The notes beneath the pieces were generated by a model. It made no database searches. It had not been told where the DNA came from and saw only the letters and a program-made list of their open reading frames with translations. A stretch of 64,000 bases of DNA, taken from NCBI GenBank assembly GCA_963695545.1, contig OY968796.1:3392001-3456000 (forward strand). The letters run 5' to 3'. Both the position numbers and the translations under genes were made by a program. Source of the stretch: Terriglobia bacterium. GTDB taxonomy: Bacteria > Acidobacteriota > Terriglobia > Acidiferrales > UBA7541. How positions within the stretch are numbered: position 1 is the first letter of the stretch; the number at the start of each line of letters is the position of its first letter. Of the stretch, positions 34,590-46,129 are shown in pieces.

Positions 34590-37439
34590 GTGAGCGAAAA
34601 AACGCGGCGGGAATTTTTGAAGGACGCGACGTTGCTGAGTGCGGGAATCACAACTGCTGGAATCGTCGACGCGAAGCTGCTGGGCGCTAACGCGCCGGCG
34701 CGGGGGGCGGGGTCGGCTGACGCTACGCCTGCGGCGCAGGCCGTTGCGCCGGGGAGCGTGGCGCTTTCGTGGGTGGGGGAGAATCCGCCGGCGATGGCGA
34801 CGGGGGTGAGTTGGGGAGTGCCGTGGGCGCAGGGGGCGATGCAGCGCGCGGCGACGTTTCGGTTGAACGCGGCGGGCGGCGAATTGCCGGTGCAAACGTG
34901 GCCGATGGCGTTTTGGCCGGATGGATCGCTGAAGTGGAGCGGATTTGCGAGCGTGGTACCGGCGGGATTTTCGGGAGCGGCGACGTTGTCGCAGGGAGCG
35001 TCAGCAGCGGCGGGCGCGCTGAGCGTGGCTAACGACGGGAAGACGATTGTGGTGGATACGGGCGCAATGAAATGCGCGATCGCGACGAGCGGGGCGAACA
35101 TCATCGAGCGAATGAGTTTTCCTGACGGAAAAAATGTAGTGGGAGCGAGCCAACTGGTGTGCATTCTGCAGAACGGGGCGGAGACGGAGCCGGTGGATGC
35201 GCCGTCGCGCGAGAAATATTTGAGCGCCGTGAAGAAATCGACGGTGGAGCAATCGGGGCCGGTGCGCGCGGTGGTGATGCTTGAGGGCATGCATCGCGGC
35301 GCGACGTCGGGGCGCGAATGGCTGCCGTTTACCGTGCGGCTTTATTTTTACAGCGGGCAGACGGCGGTGCGCGTGGTGCATACGATCGTGTTTGATGGCG
35401 ATCAGGAAAAAGATTTCGTGCGCGGGATGGGATTGCAATTCGCGGTGCCGCTGCGCGAGGAAGCGATGAATCGCACGGTGCGATTTGGGGGGCCGGACGG
35501 CGGGCTATGGTCGGAACCGCTGCAACCGGGCGGCGGAAACGCGCAGCAGGAGGCGGGCGAGCCGTTCACGCCGAGTCCGCTGCTGGCGCAGAACGCGATC
35601 TGGGACGATTTCAAGCTGATGCAGCCGAACGCGGACGGATTCACGATCGTCAAGCGCACGAATCCGAAGAGCACGTGGCTAAGCTCGAATGGGGGAAAGC
35701 GCGCGCCGGGGCTGGTGTATGTGGGCGATTTTGGGGGCGGGCTCGGGGTGAGCGTGAAAAATTTCTGGCAGTCGTATCCGGCGTCGCTCGAGGTGCGGGG
35801 GGCGAGCAGTCCCGCGGCGGAAATTGTGGCGTGGCTGTGGTCGCCGGACGGGCCGGAGATGGATATGCGGCACTACGACATTAAGGCGCACGGACTCGAT
35901 GCGTCGTACGAAGACGTGCAGCCGGGATTGAGCACGGCGTACGGCGTGGCGCGCACGAGCGAGCTAACGCTGTATCCGGGCGCGTCGCTTGCGGCGCGGA
36001 CGGACACGGTGGCGATGGCGGAAGCGGGGAACAGGCTGGCGCTGCTGGCGTGCACGCCGGAGTACGTGCACTCGGCGGGCGCGTTTGGCGTGTGGAGTTT
36101 GCCGGATCGCTCGACGGATTTTCGGAAAGAGATGGAGGACGGGCTCGATTCCGTGCTCGCGTTTTATCAGCAGCAAGTGGACGACCGGCATTGGTACGGA
36201 TTCTGGCAATTCGGCGACTTCATGCATTCGTATTCGCCGCCGCGGCACGTGTGGCACTACGATTGGGGCGGGCACGCGTGGGACAACACGGAGTTGGGCG
36301 CGCCGCTGTGGCTCTGGTACAGCTACGTGCGCTCGGGGCGCGCGGATTTGTTCCGACTGGCGGAGGCGCACGCTCGGAACACGAGCGAGACCGTGGTGTA
36401 TCACCTGGGGCCGATGAAGGGACTGGGCACGCGGCACAACGTGATCAAGTGGGGCGACGGCGCGAAGGAAGCGCGGATTAGTCAGGCGGCGCACTGGCGA
36501 TTTTTGCACTACCTGACGACCGACGAGCGCGCGGGCGACATCATGCACATGGTGGCGGAGTCCGCGGGCGTGGCGGTGGCGAGCTACGATCCGATGCGCG
36601 AAGCCGAGCCGCGGCTGCCGAGCGAGCCGGCGGTGCGCATTCGCATTGGTCCGGATTGGTTCGCGCTGGCGGGAAATTGGATGACGGAATGGGAGCGCAC
36701 GGGAGATACGCGGTGGCGGGATCGGATTCTCGCCGGAGTGAATTCGATTATCACGATGCCGTTCTGGCTCGAGACTGGGAGGAAAAATATCGGCGGGCGC
36801 GGTGGGTCAGCGGCGGTGGTGGGATACGACAATGCGACGGGAAAACTGACGGCGATCCCGGCGCCGGACGGCAGTTTCATTCCGGTGAATTACAATCTCG
36901 CGACGATTCAGGGCGGGGGCGAAGTGATGTTCGAGTTGCTGCGGCTGCTCGGAAACAAAGATTTCGAGATGATGTGGCTGCAATTGTGCAGGCTGGCTAT
37001 CGCGCCGGCGGACGTGATCACGAAAGATCAAACAACGCACGCTGAGGGAGCCGACGCGAGCTACGTGGCGGGGGCGCAGAGCGGGCCGCGGTTGGCGGCG
37101 TATGCTTACTCGAAAACCGGCGATGTGGCGTTCGCGCAAAAGGCAATTACCACGTTGCTCGCGATGGGCGCGGGGATCGCGAACGCGCATATGGTATCGG
37201 GGGCGGATTCGCTTAATCCCGTTCAGGAAGATCCGAGGATGTCTACGAACGAGGCGTCGCAGACGGGACTGCAAGTGATCGAGATACTCGAGTTGTGCAA
37301 AGATCAGTTGCCAACAGCGACGATGGTGCGGCCCGTGCGCGTGTTCGGGCGCCCCGCTGCTCCCGGCGCGCCGGGCGCTCCTGGTGCTGCTCCCGCTGCG
37401 CCTGGAAATCCGGCGCCACCGACGCAGCCGCCCGGTTAA
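34590..37439 (+). CDS. Tat-exported exo-rhamnogalacturonan lyase-like protein (PL26/YetA-like)
   Basis: TRREFLK Tat motif; GVSWGVPW, WPDGSLKW, AWDNTEL and GTRHNV motifs; adjacent to rhaT. Confidence 0.8.
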   Translation: MSEKTRREFLKDATLLSAGITTAGIVDAKLLGANAPARGAGSADATPAAQAVAPGSVALSWVGENPPAMATGVSWGVPWAQGAMQRAATFRLNAAGGELPVQTWPMAFWPDGSLKWSGFASVVPAGFSGAATLSQGASAAAGALSVANDGKTIVVDTGAMKCAIATSGANIIERMSFPDGKNVVGASQLVCILQNGAETEPVDAPSREKYLSAVKKSTVEQSGPVRAVVMLEGMHRGATSGREWLPFTVRLYFYSGQTAVRVVHTIVFDGDQEKDFVRGMGLQFAVPLREEAMNRTVRFGGPDGGLWSEPLQPGGGNAQQEAGEPFTPSPLLAQNAIWDDFKLMQPNADGFTIVKRTNPKSTWLSSNGGKRAPGLVYVGDFGGGLGVSVKNFWQSYPASLEVRGASSPAAEIVAWLWSPDGPEMDMRHYDIKAHGLDASYEDVQPGLSTAYGVARTSELTLYPGASLAARTDTVAMAEAGNRLALLACTPEYVHSAGAFGVWSLPDRSTDFRKEMEDGLDSVLAFYQQQVDDRHWYGFWQFGDFMHSYSPPRHVWHYDWGGHAWDNTELGAPLWLWYSYVRSGRADLFRLAEAHARNTSETVVYHLGPMKGLGTRHNVIKWGDGAKEARISQAAHWRFLHYLTTDERAGDIMHMVAESAGVAVASYDPMREAEPRLPSEPAVRIRIGPDWFALAGNWMTEWERTGDTRWRDRILAGVNSIITMPFWLETGRKNIGGRGGSAAVVGYDNATGKLTAIPAPDGSFIPVNYNLATIQGGGEVMFELLRLLGNKDFEMMWLQLCRLAIAPADVITKDQTTHAEGADASYVAGAQSGPRLAAYAYSKTGDVAFAQKAITTLLAMGAGIANAHMVSGADSLNPVQEDPRMSTNEASQTGLQVIEILELCKDQLPTATMVRPVRVFGRPAAPGAPGAPGAAPAAPGNPAPPTQPPG

Positions 37440-37668
37440 CTCCAGCGCAGCAAACAATGAAATTTTGTGACGGGGAAGTGCGTGACGCTGCAAACTGAGT
37501 CTCGAGCGAGCGGCGTCGCTTCCCTTCTGGCGGGGATTTCGATTTCGCTTTTAGCGGCCCCGTCAGATAGGATGGCTCGCGCGCGGGCGCGTGACACTCT
37601 AGGAAATCACCGCAACTGCTTGCCGGCAGCAAGGGCGATGCACCGGCAGCCCTGAGAGAAGGAAAATA

Positions 37669-38700
37669 ATGCCTTCAATATTGGTGGGGATCGGTTGGCA
37701 CATGGTGGGCGCGGCGATGGCCGCGTCGTTTTATGCGCCGATTGAGACGGTGAAGAAATGGTCGTGGGAGACCACCTGGGCCGTGGCGGGTTTTTTCTCG
37801 TGGATACTGCTGCCGATTTCGGTGAGTCACTACCTGCTTCCAAATTTCCGAGCGTTCTATGCGTCGATTCCGCCGCACGTGCTTTTGATCGTCGCGCTGT
37901 TCGGAGCGATGTGGGGGGTGGGGAATGTGAGCTACGGGCTGACGATGCGCAATCTGGGGATGGCGCTGGGGATTGGAATCGCGATCGGCGTGACGCTGGT
38001 GCTGGGCACGATCTTGCCGCCGATCGTGAACGGACAGGGCGCGGTGTTGTTTGAAACCAAGGGCGGGCTTTTGACCATGGCGGGAGTGCTGGTTGCGCTG
38101 ATCGGGGTGGCGGTAGTCACGTACGCGGGACATCAGAAGGAAATAAAACTTCGGGGGCTGCCGCGAGAATTCAATTTGAAGCTGGGAGTGGCTCTGGCGG
38201 TGATGTGCGGGATTTTTTCGTCCGGATTTTCATTTGCGATCAGCGCCGCGAAGCCGATGGAACAGGTGGCGCTGCATCTGGGAGTGAAGCCGCTGTATGC
38301 GGCGTTGCCGAGCTACGTGATTATTATGGGCGGCGGTGCGATTGTGAACATGGCGTACTGTTTTGTTCGCCTCGCGGCGGTCAAGACGATTTCTCTGCGC
38401 GCCGATCTATCACAGGATGGTGGAACGCTGCTGAAGAATGGGAGTCTGGCGGCGACCGGCGGAATCATGTGGTATCTGCAGTTCTTTTTTTACGTGTGGG
38501 GCGCGGCCAACATCCCGCAACATCTTTCATATGTGAACTGGATGCTGCACATGAGCGGATACGTGCTGTGCGGCGGGCTGGTGGGCCTCGCGCTTGGCGA
38601 GTGGAAGGGCGTGGGGAGCAGGCCGGTGCGACTGCTTTGGGCGGGCATGGCCATTATTATTTTGGCGGCGAATCTGGTCGGGTATGGGCTCGCGTCATAG
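37669..38700 (+). CDS. rhaT: L-rhamnose/H+ symporter
   Basis: [29 protein letters not shown] motifs; about 10 TMs. Confidence 0.88.
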   Translation: MPSILVGIGWHMVGAAMAASFYAPIETVKKWSWETTWAVAGFFSWILLPISVSHYLLPNFRAFYASIPPHVLLIVALFGAMWGVGNVSYGLTMRNLGMALGIGIAIGVTLVLGTILPPIVNGQGAVLFETKGGLLTMAGVLVALIGVAVVTYAGHQKEIKLRGLPREFNLKLGVALAVMCGIFSSGFSFAISAAKPMEQVALHLGVKPLYAALPSYVIIMGGGAIVNMAYCFVRLAAVKTISLRADLSQDGGTLLKNGSLAATGGIMWYLQFFFYVWGAANIPQHLSYVNWMLHMSGYVLCGGLVGLALGEWKGVGSRPVRLLWAGMAIIILAANLVGYGLAS

Positions 38701-38812
38701 TCCGTGGAATTGCGAATCGCCGAGTGGCGCAGCGTTCGGCAGACTACGCGACGCTGCCTGTCGCGTGAATCAGCTCCGCACAACGGGAATTCCGCGAATC
38801 GCCGATCGCGAT

Positions 38813-39931
38813 TCACTTGCCTACTTGCTGGAGAGTTTGAAGATATTTGACGATGTCGCCCGTTGAAAGCAACCCGACAAGTTTGTCTCCCTGCATGACG
38901 GGCATTTGACTGATGGCGTTCCGGCCCATCGTTTCCATGGCTGTCCACAGTTCCGCGTTGGAATCGAGCTTGCTCAGTTTTTCGATGGGTACCATGGCTT
39001 GGGCTGCGCTGGTCGTCGTCCATGCGGGCCGCGGAATCAGCTTCATGTCGTGCAGGGTCAGCAGCCCAACCGCATGATCTCCTCGATCCACCACAAAACA
39101 CTGCCGGCCGTGCGCAAGAACTTCTCGATCGATTAGATTTTGCACCGACGTGTTTTCCGGCACGTGGGAGCAGGCAGTTTCCATGGCCTCCGACACCTTG
39201 TGGCCGACCATCAGGCCTTGGACCATTTGCTGCTGCACCTGAGTACCGGCGGCGCTTTCCAGAAACCATCCGATGAAGGCGGTCCACAATCCGTTGATGA
39301 GATCTCCGCGCAAAGCCATCCATACGCCAGCGAGAATAAAGAGAAAGCCAAAGAATCGCCCGGTGTTTGCGGCGATGACGGTCGCGCGGCGAAAATTCTT
39401 GTCGATTCCCCAAACGATGGCGCGAAAAACGCGGCCTCCATCCAGAGGAAATCCCGGGATCAGATTGAACAGGCCCAGAAGGCCGTTAATGAGGGCCAGA
39501 TACTTGGCGATGGCGAGGGCGGGTTTGACATTAATGAGCATTGGTTCCAGGAGGTAAAAGAGAACTGCCAGGGCAAGGCTGGTAAGCGGCCCGACGATGG
39601 CGATCAAGAACTCGGCCGTGGCGCTCGGGGGCTCGGCGGCGATCTGGGATACGCCGCCAAAAATGAAGAGAGTGATGCGGGTCACAGGAATCTTGTAGCG
39701 AAGAGCTACCCACGAATGGGCCAGCTCGTGGACGACGATACTCGCAAAAAACAGAACTGCAGTTATGGCTCCCATCAACCAGTATTCCGGAACCGTGCCG
39801 CCCTTGAATTCAGCCGGATAATAATTAGAGGCCAGGACCCAAGTGATCAGGGCGGCGATTAAGAACCAGGAATAATCCAGGTCAATTGGTATTCCAAGGA
39901 CACGTCCGATCGGAATTGTGTGCCGAAACAA
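38813..39931 (-). CDS. Site-2 protease (M50) with CBS domains
   Basis: HELAH and FNLIPGFPLDGG motifs; C-terminal CBS pair. Confidence 0.9.
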   Translation of the reverse strand: MFRHTIPIGRVLGIPIDLDYSWFLIAALITWVLASNYYPAEFKGGTVPEYWLMGAITAVLFFASIVVHELAHSWVALRYKIPVTRITLFIFGGVSQIAAEPPSATAEFLIAIVGPLTSLALAVLFYLLEPMLINVKPALAIAKYLALINGLLGLFNLIPGFPLDGGRVFRAIVWGIDKNFRRATVIAANTGRFFGFLFILAGVWMALRGDLINGLWTAFIGWFLESAAGTQVQQQMVQGLMVGHKVSEAMETACSHVPENTSVQNLIDREVLAHGRQCFVVDRGDHAVGLLTLHDMKLIPRPAWTTTSAAQAMVPIEKLSKLDSNAELWTAMETMGRNAISQMPVMQGDKLVGLLSTGDIVKYLQTLQQVGK

Positions 39932-40255
39932 AGCGCACCAACCTTTCGCCGAACACCGGTTCGGAGGCCACGGCAAGCCGTTCGGCCGGCCCGTTAGTTT
40001 GTCAGATTCTATGACTACACATAAGGTTACAAATCGAGATAGATCTCGCAAAGGGATTTGGCCAGTCGGCTCGACGGTCGTCACTGGCGCGATGGCGGCC
40101 TGGGGCGAAAATGCCGCGCGGGATCAATTCTCGTCGAAAACGCCATTCAGCAGTGGGGTACAATTCGGCGGGGCGGCGCTTTTTCGATAGTCGGCGGAAG
40201 ACGGGGCTTACAGTTGCGCGTGCGTTGTAATGGTTTGCGCGGCAACTTGGGACAC

Positions 40256-41227
40256 ATGAGCGAAGAAAACGTTCTGGTGCTGGGCAATCCGAGAGAGCCG
40301 CAGTTTGCGATGCTAAGGCAACGGCTCGCGGGGACAAATATCCTCGTGGGAAATTCGGCCGAGGTGTTCGCGTCTGCGGCGACGAACGCCACGGTGCTGT
40401 TCAATTGGTCGGGCTCGCTCGAACTGTTTAGGACCGTATTTTTGACGTGCCCACAATTGCGATGGGTGCATTCGCGATCTGTGGGGCTCGAGAGAACATT
40501 GTTTCCGGAAATTATCGCGAGTCCGATTCCGCTGACAAACAGCATTGGGATTTACAGCGCTTCGTTAGGGGAGTTCACGCTGGCGGCGATACTTTATTTC
40601 GCGAAAGATTTGCGGCGGATGATTCGGAATCAGATGGCAGGAGTGTGGGAACCGTTTGACGTTACGGTGGTTTCGGGGCAGACGGTTGGCATCATTGGAT
40701 ATGGGGATATCGGGCGCGCGATTGCCGCGAAGGTGCGGCCGATGGGGATGAGCGTGCTCGCGGTGAAGCGGCATACTTCGAGCCCGCGCGGGGCGGATCC
40801 ACTGGTGGAACAAATATACGGTCCGGCGCAGCGCAACGAGATGATTGCGCGCTGCGATTATGTAGTGGTGGCAGCGCCGCTGACGGAGGAGACGCGCGGG
40901 ATGATTGGCGAGGCGGAATTTGCTGCGATGAAAGCTACGGCCGTGGTGATCAACGTAGGGCGCGGGCCGATCATCGATGAGAAGCCGCTGATCAATGCGC
41001 TGCAGACGGGCCGAATCAAGGGCGCCGCTCTCGATGTGTTCGATCAAGAGCCGTTGCCGAGCGGGCACCCGTTTTACAAAATGGAGAACGCCCTGCTATC
41101 GCCGCATTGCGCCGACCATACGGCCGATTGGATCAACGAGGCGGTGGAACTATTCATCGCGCAATACGAGAGGTTCCGGAATGGCGAGCCGCTGATTAAT
41201 TTGGTGAACAAGAAGCTAGGGTACTGA
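40256..41227 (+). CDS. D-2-hydroxyacid dehydrogenase
   Basis: GIIGYGDIG, INVGRG, ALDVFDQEPLP, SPHCA. Confidence 0.9.
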   Translation: MSEENVLVLGNPREPQFAMLRQRLAGTNILVGNSAEVFASAATNATVLFNWSGSLELFRTVFLTCPQLRWVHSRSVGLERTLFPEIIASPIPLTNSIGIYSASLGEFTLAAILYFAKDLRRMIRNQMAGVWEPFDVTVVSGQTVGIIGYGDIGRAIAAKVRPMGMSVLAVKRHTSSPRGADPLVEQIYGPAQRNEMIARCDYVVVAAPLTEETRGMIGEAEFAAMKATAVVINVGRGPIIDEKPLINALQTGRIKGAALDVFDQEPLPSGHPFYKMENALLSPHCADHTADWINEAVELFIAQYERFRNGEPLINLVNKKLGY

Positions 41228-41255
41228 ACGAAGGAATGGCGGCGACGCGAGCGGA

Positions 41256-43784
41256 TTACTGCGCTTCGCGGGATTTGATTTCTTCGTGAGTGAGCAGGCG
41301 GATGGGGACACTCTGGACGCGCCAAATTTCGCGGCAGTATTCGCGGATGGTGCGGTCGGAAGAAAATTTGCCGGAGCGCGCAGAGTTGAGGATGGACATG
41401 CGCGTCCAAGTTTCCTGGTCCTGATAGATGCCGCTGACGCGGGCCTGGCACTCGGCGTAGAACTGAAAATCGGCCATGACCATGAATGGATCGCTCCAGA
41501 CCAGCGTGTCGATCAGGGAGCGAAACAGATCGGTGTCGCCGCGAGAGAAAAATCCGGTGCGAATTAGATCGATGACGCCGCGCAGATCGGGATTGGTGTC
41601 GTAAAATTCCGAGGGACGATAGCCCTGCGATTTCACTTTCGCGACTTCCTGCGTGGTAAGGCCGAACAAAAAGAAATTCTCGGCTCCCACTTCATCCTGG
41701 ATTTCGATGTTGGCGCCATCGAGGGTGCCGATGGTCAGAGCGCCGTTCATGCAGAATTTCATGTTGCCCGTGCCGGAGGCTTCCTTCCCTGCCGTGGAGA
41801 TTTGCTCGGAGAGTTCGGCGGCGGGATAGATGCGCTGGCCGCTGGTTACGTTGAAGTTGGGAAGGAAGACGACCTTCAGGTGGTCGCGCACGGTTTCATC
41901 GCGGATCAGGACGTCGCTCACGGAATTGATGAGCTTGATGATCAGTTTGGCCATGTGATAGCCCGGGGCGGCCTTGCCGCCGAAAATGAACGTGCGCGGA
42001 ACGGGCCTAAACGAAGGGTCCGCCTTCATGCGGTTATACAAGGCGATTACGTGCAGGATGTTGAGGTGCTGGCGCTTGTATTCGTGGATGCGTTTGACCT
42101 GCACGTCGAACATGGAATCGGGATCGACGGGGAGGCCGGTGCGCTTTTCGATAAACGAGGCGAGTTCGCGCTTATTGGCGCGCTTGACTTCGCGCCATTT
42201 CTCGCGGAATCCGGCGTCTTCGGCGAACGGCTCAAGATTGCGGAGCTGGTCGAGATCGGTGATCCAGCTATCGCCGATGGCATCGGAGATGAGTGCGGCG
42301 AGTTTCGGATTGCTGAGCACGATCCAGCGGCGCGGCGTGACGCCGTTGGTTTTGTTGCTGAACTTGGCGGGCCACAGGGCGTTGAAATCCGAGAGCACAT
42401 CTTCCTTCAGTAGCTCGGTATGGAGCGCGGCGACGCCGTTGATATCGTGGCTGCCGACGCAAGCAAGATTGGCCATGCGCACGTGATGGTCGTAGTTTTC
42501 GTCGATGAGCGACATGCGCGCGATGCGCGCGGCATCGCCTGGAAAACGCGCGCGCGCTTCGGCGAGGAACCCGGCGTTGATGTCGTAAATAATTTCGAGA
42601 TGGCGCGGGAGCAGACGGCCGAACATGCTGACGGGCCAGCGCTCGAGAGCCTCGGGCATGATGGTGTGGTTGGTGTAGCTGATGGTTTTTTGGGTGATGT
42701 CCCAGGCTTGTTCCCACTCCATGCCGTGAACGTCCACCAGCAAGCGCATTAGTTCGGGCACGGCGATGGCGGGATGCGTGTCGTTGAGCTGGATGGCGAA
42801 TTTTTCGTGGAAGCGCTCGATGGGAATTTTCTGGCCGCGGAGGATGCGGAACATGTCCTGCAGCGAACAGGACACGAAGAAGAACTGCTGCTCGAGGCGC
42901 AACTCCTTGCCGTGCAGCGATTCGTCGTTGGGGTAAAGAACCTTGGTGATGTTCTCGGAGAAAACTTTGTTGTTGACCGCGCCGAAAAAATCGCCGCGGT
43001 TGAACAGAGCGAAGTCAAACGATTCGGGAGCTTCGGCGCGCCACAAACGCAAGGTATTGGATGTGTTGGTGCGATAGCCGAGGATCGGCGTGTCGTAAGG
43101 AACGCCGATGACGGTGCGCTCGGGGACCCAGCGCACTGGAGCGCGCGGGGATCCGCCGTCGGCGCGCTCCGTGTGGCCGCCAATTGAGACTTCGACAGCC
43201 CATTCAGGGCGCATCAGGTCCCAGGGATTGCCGAAGCGCAGCCATTTGTCGGTGCGTTCGACTTGCCAGCCATCGACGATTTCCTGCTCGAAGATGCCGT
43301 ACTCGTAGCGAATGCCGTATCCGAGCGTGGGGATTTCGAGCGTGGCGAGAGAATCGAGAAAACACGCCGCGAGGCGACCGAGGCCGCCGTTACCGAGGCC
43401 GGGCTCCTCTTCTTCGGCGAGCAGCGCGTCGAAATCGAGATCGAGCTCCGAGACGGCTTGCTTGACTCGATCGTAGATGCCGAGATTGATGAGGTTGTTT
43501 CCGAGGTGCGGCCCCATCAGGAATTCCGCTGAAAAATACGCCACGGTGCGCGAGCCCTCGTTGGTGTAGGCCTCTGCAGTGCTGACCCAGCGGTGGAGAA
43601 GGCGGTCGCGGACGGTGTAAGCCAGCGCGAGGTAGTAATCTTTCTTGGTGGCAAGCGCGGGAAATTTTCCCTGCTCATAAAACAGATTATCGCGGAAGGC
43701 GCGTTTGAGGGCGGCTTTGGTGAGGGCGGTGCGGTCGCTTTCGACCGGGAAAGAATTAGGCGAACTTGGAGCGTCCTTAGGCAA
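41256..43784 (-). CDS. glgP: Glycogen/maltodextrin phosphorylase
   Basis: GLGNGGLGRLAACF, KRIHEYKRQ, EASGTGNMK. Confidence 0.95.
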   Translation of the reverse strand: MPKDAPSSPNSFPVESDRTALTKAALKRAFRDNLFYEQGKFPALATKKDYYLALAYTVRDRLLHRWVSTAEAYTNEGSRTVAYFSAEFLMGPHLGNNLINLGIYDRVKQAVSELDLDFDALLAEEEEPGLGNGGLGRLAACFLDSLATLEIPTLGYGIRYEYGIFEQEIVDGWQVERTDKWLRFGNPWDLMRPEWAVEVSIGGHTERADGGSPRAPVRWVPERTVIGVPYDTPILGYRTNTSNTLRLWRAEAPESFDFALFNRGDFFGAVNNKVFSENITKVLYPNDESLHGKELRLEQQFFFVSCSLQDMFRILRGQKIPIERFHEKFAIQLNDTHPAIAVPELMRLLVDVHGMEWEQAWDITQKTISYTNHTIMPEALERWPVSMFGRLLPRHLEIIYDINAGFLAEARARFPGDAARIARMSLIDENYDHHVRMANLACVGSHDINGVAALHTELLKEDVLSDFNALWPAKFSNKTNGVTPRRWIVLSNPKLAALISDAIGDSWITDLDQLRNLEPFAEDAGFREKWREVKRANKRELASFIEKRTGLPVDPDSMFDVQVKRIHEYKRQHLNILHVIALYNRMKADPSFRPVPRTFIFGGKAAPGYHMAKLIIKLINSVSDVLIRDETVRDHLKVVFLPNFNVTSGQRIYPAAELSEQISTAGKEASGTGNMKFCMNGALTIGTLDGANIEIQDEVGAENFFLFGLTTQEVAKVKSQGYRPSEFYDTNPDLRGVIDLIRTGFFSRGDTDLFRSLIDTLVWSDPFMVMADFQFYAECQARVSGIYQDQETWTRMSILNSARSGKFSSDRTIREYCREIWRVQSVPIRLLTHEEIKSREAQ

Positions 43785-43984
43785 CGGTGACCTCAGTGGC
43801 GCGTAAAACCTTTAGCATCTTGCCCGAAGACACCGCAACGCCCGGATGGGCGCAGTGTGTCCATCGCGAGTGAAGATAGGAAGACGGTGAGCGGAAGTCC
43901 AATCCGAAAAATCTATGGAGTGTAGAAATACTTTGGCCTTTGTCCAAATGGAGTGATTCGCGACGCGCGCGAAACGTGAACTAA

Positions 43985-45370
43985 TTATAACTTGTTGAGG
44001 CCGTTGTGCCCGGCAACTTTGTAGGCTTCGGCGAAAGTCGGGTAGTTGAAGACGGTGTCGCGAAAATAGTCCATGGTGCCGCCGAAACTGAGGACGGCTT
44101 GGCCGATGTGCACGATCTCGGCCGCGTTTTCGCCCATGGCGTGAATGCCCAGGACCTTCCTGGTGTCCGGATCGAAGAGAATTTTCAGAAGGCCGGTGTG
44201 ATCGCCGACGATCTGGGCTTTGGCGAGCTCTTCGTACTTGGCGACGCCGGTCTCGAAAGGAATTTTGGCGTTGGTGAGCGAGAGTTCCGTTTCGCCAACC
44301 ATGGAAATTTCCGGGATGGTGTAAATTCCATACGGCAGCAAGCCCGGCGTGGTGCGTCCCGCCACTCCAAATATGTGGCTGCTTGCGAGGCGACCCTGCT
44401 CCATCGAAGTGGCCGCGAGGGATGGGAAACCGATGACGTCGCCGGCGGCGTAGATATTTGGCTGCGAGGTTTGAAAATGCTCGTTCACGGCGAGCTTGCC
44501 GCGCGCGCCGGCGGAGAGGCCGGCGGCTTCGAGATTGAGGAGATCGGTGTTGGCCTGACGACCGACGGCGTGAAGCAGCGCATTGCCGTGGATGCGCTTA
44601 CCGCTTTCCAAGTGCGCGGTGACGCGGCCGCGATCGTCGCGATCGATGCTGGTGACTTTCTCGCCGAGACGAAAGATGGCGCCCTGGAAACGCATGTGGT
44701 AGCAGAGCGCCTCGACAATTTCGGCGTCAACGAAATCGAGCACGGCGGGGCGCTGTTCGATGAGCGTGATCACGACGCCGAGCGCGGTGAGCATGGAGGC
44801 GAATTCGAGTCCAATGACGCGGCCGCCGACGATGATCATCTCCTTGGGAATTTCGTCCATTTGGAAGAATTGATCGCCGGCGAGGATCTGCTTCCCATCG
44901 AAAGGAATATCGGGATGGCGCGCGGGGCGGGTGCCGCAGGCGATCAGCACGTATTCGGCGTTGATGATTTGAGCTTGATCTTCGCCGTCCACTTGGAGTG
45001 AATGGGGATCGAGGAAGCGGGCGGTGCCGGAAAAAAGATCAATATCGTTGCGGCGCAGTTGATCGCGAACCACTCCGGTCTCGCGGTCGACAACCTGGTT
45101 GACGCGGCTGGCGAGATCTTTTATGGAGACGCGGCTCTTCACGTTGTAGTCGCTGCCGTAGAACGAGCGATGGCGGAAGCCGGTCAAATGCAGAATGGCT
45201 TCGCGCAAAGTTTTACTGGGGACTGTGCCGCCATGGATGCAGACGCCGCCGACCATGTCGCCGCGCTCGACCATGGCAACGCGCTTGCCGAGCTTCGCGG
45301 CGGCGATGGCGCCTTTTTGTCCAGCGGGGCCGCTGCCGATTACCACTAGGTCGTACGATTTGGCGGTCAT
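43985..45370 (-). CDS. sthA: Soluble pyridine nucleotide transhydrogenase
   Basis: GSGPAG, CIHGGTVPSK (single Cys), FNYPTFAEAYKVA. Confidence 0.9.
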   Translation of the reverse strand: MTAKSYDLVVIGSGPAGQKGAIAAAKLGKRVAMVERGDMVGGVCIHGGTVPSKTLREAILHLTGFRHRSFYGSDYNVKSRVSIKDLASRVNQVVDRETGVVRDQLRRNDIDLFSGTARFLDPHSLQVDGEDQAQIINAEYVLIACGTRPARHPDIPFDGKQILAGDQFFQMDEIPKEMIIVGGRVIGLEFASMLTALGVVITLIEQRPAVLDFVDAEIVEALCYHMRFQGAIFRLGEKVTSIDRDDRGRVTAHLESGKRIHGNALLHAVGRQANTDLLNLEAAGLSAGARGKLAVNEHFQTSQPNIYAAGDVIGFPSLAATSMEQGRLASSHIFGVAGRTTPGLLPYGIYTIPEISMVGETELSLTNAKIPFETGVAKYEELAKAQIVGDHTGLLKILFDPDTRKVLGIHAMGENAAEIVHIGQAVLSFGGTMDYFRDTVFNYPTFAEAYKVAGHNGLNKL

Positions 45371-45744
45371 TTAGAGAGCTGCGCTCCGCGCGGTGCGGAG
45401 GCGCTCTCCGCGGCCGCGGGATACGGGATCAAGATCATCGCGTAGACCTTGCCACACAGCGCGGAGCGGTTCAATCGAAACATCGATTCGGCTCGATCAC
45501 TCGCCGCGATAGCTGGAACGTGTTTCACAAATTGCGCGGTGCTCGATTCCGGGGGTATCCGCGTGAAGACCCAAGGTTTGGAGGTTTCTGCTTCAGGTCA
45601 AGCGGAGCCAGAATGCTGGAGGCAAACGGATGTAGAATAAGCGCTCTTTCGAGGAGCGAGAAAGCAGGCCGCAAGCGCGAGGGTACCGGCGCACATCTTC
45701 GCAACGCGCGGGTCGCGTGCTCAATATCATCCAGGAGGATCGAA

Positions 45745-46065
45745 ATGCCGAAATACTTGCTCGAGGTTTCGTACAGTCAGGAGGGAGCCAAAGGAATTTT
45801 GAAGGACGGCGGCACGAAGCGTAGACAGGTGGTGGAGGCGGCCATCGGCGCCAGCGGCGGAAAGCTCGAAGCGTTTTACTTTGCGTTTGGAAAAAACGAC
45901 GCGTATTTGATTGTCGACGTGAAGGACAACGCCAGCGTCGCGGCGGTGAACCTCGTGGTGCAGGCAAGCGGAGCGGCTACAGTGAGAACCACGGTGCTGC
46001 TGACGGCAGAAGAAATCGATCAGGCCTCAAAGAAGAGCGTTTCGTACTCGCCGCCGGGACGATGA
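45745..46065 (+). CDS. GYD domain protein
   Basis: GGKLEAFYFAFGKNDAYLI. Confidence 0.8.
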   Translation: MPKYLLEVSYSQEGAKGILKDGGTKRRQVVEAAIGASGGKLEAFYFAFGKNDAYLIVDVKDNASVAAVNLVVQASGAATVRTTVLLTAEEIDQASKKSVSYSPPGR

Positions 46066-46129
46066 GTCATATTCCGCTCGGGCGTTGCGACGCGGGTCGT
46101 GGGATTCGCGTTGGATGCGCTATGCGCCG

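Noticed and set aside
45515..45535. parS site near parAB (TGTTTCAC)
   Set aside because: Only a half-site; the full 16-bp palindrome was not seen in the window
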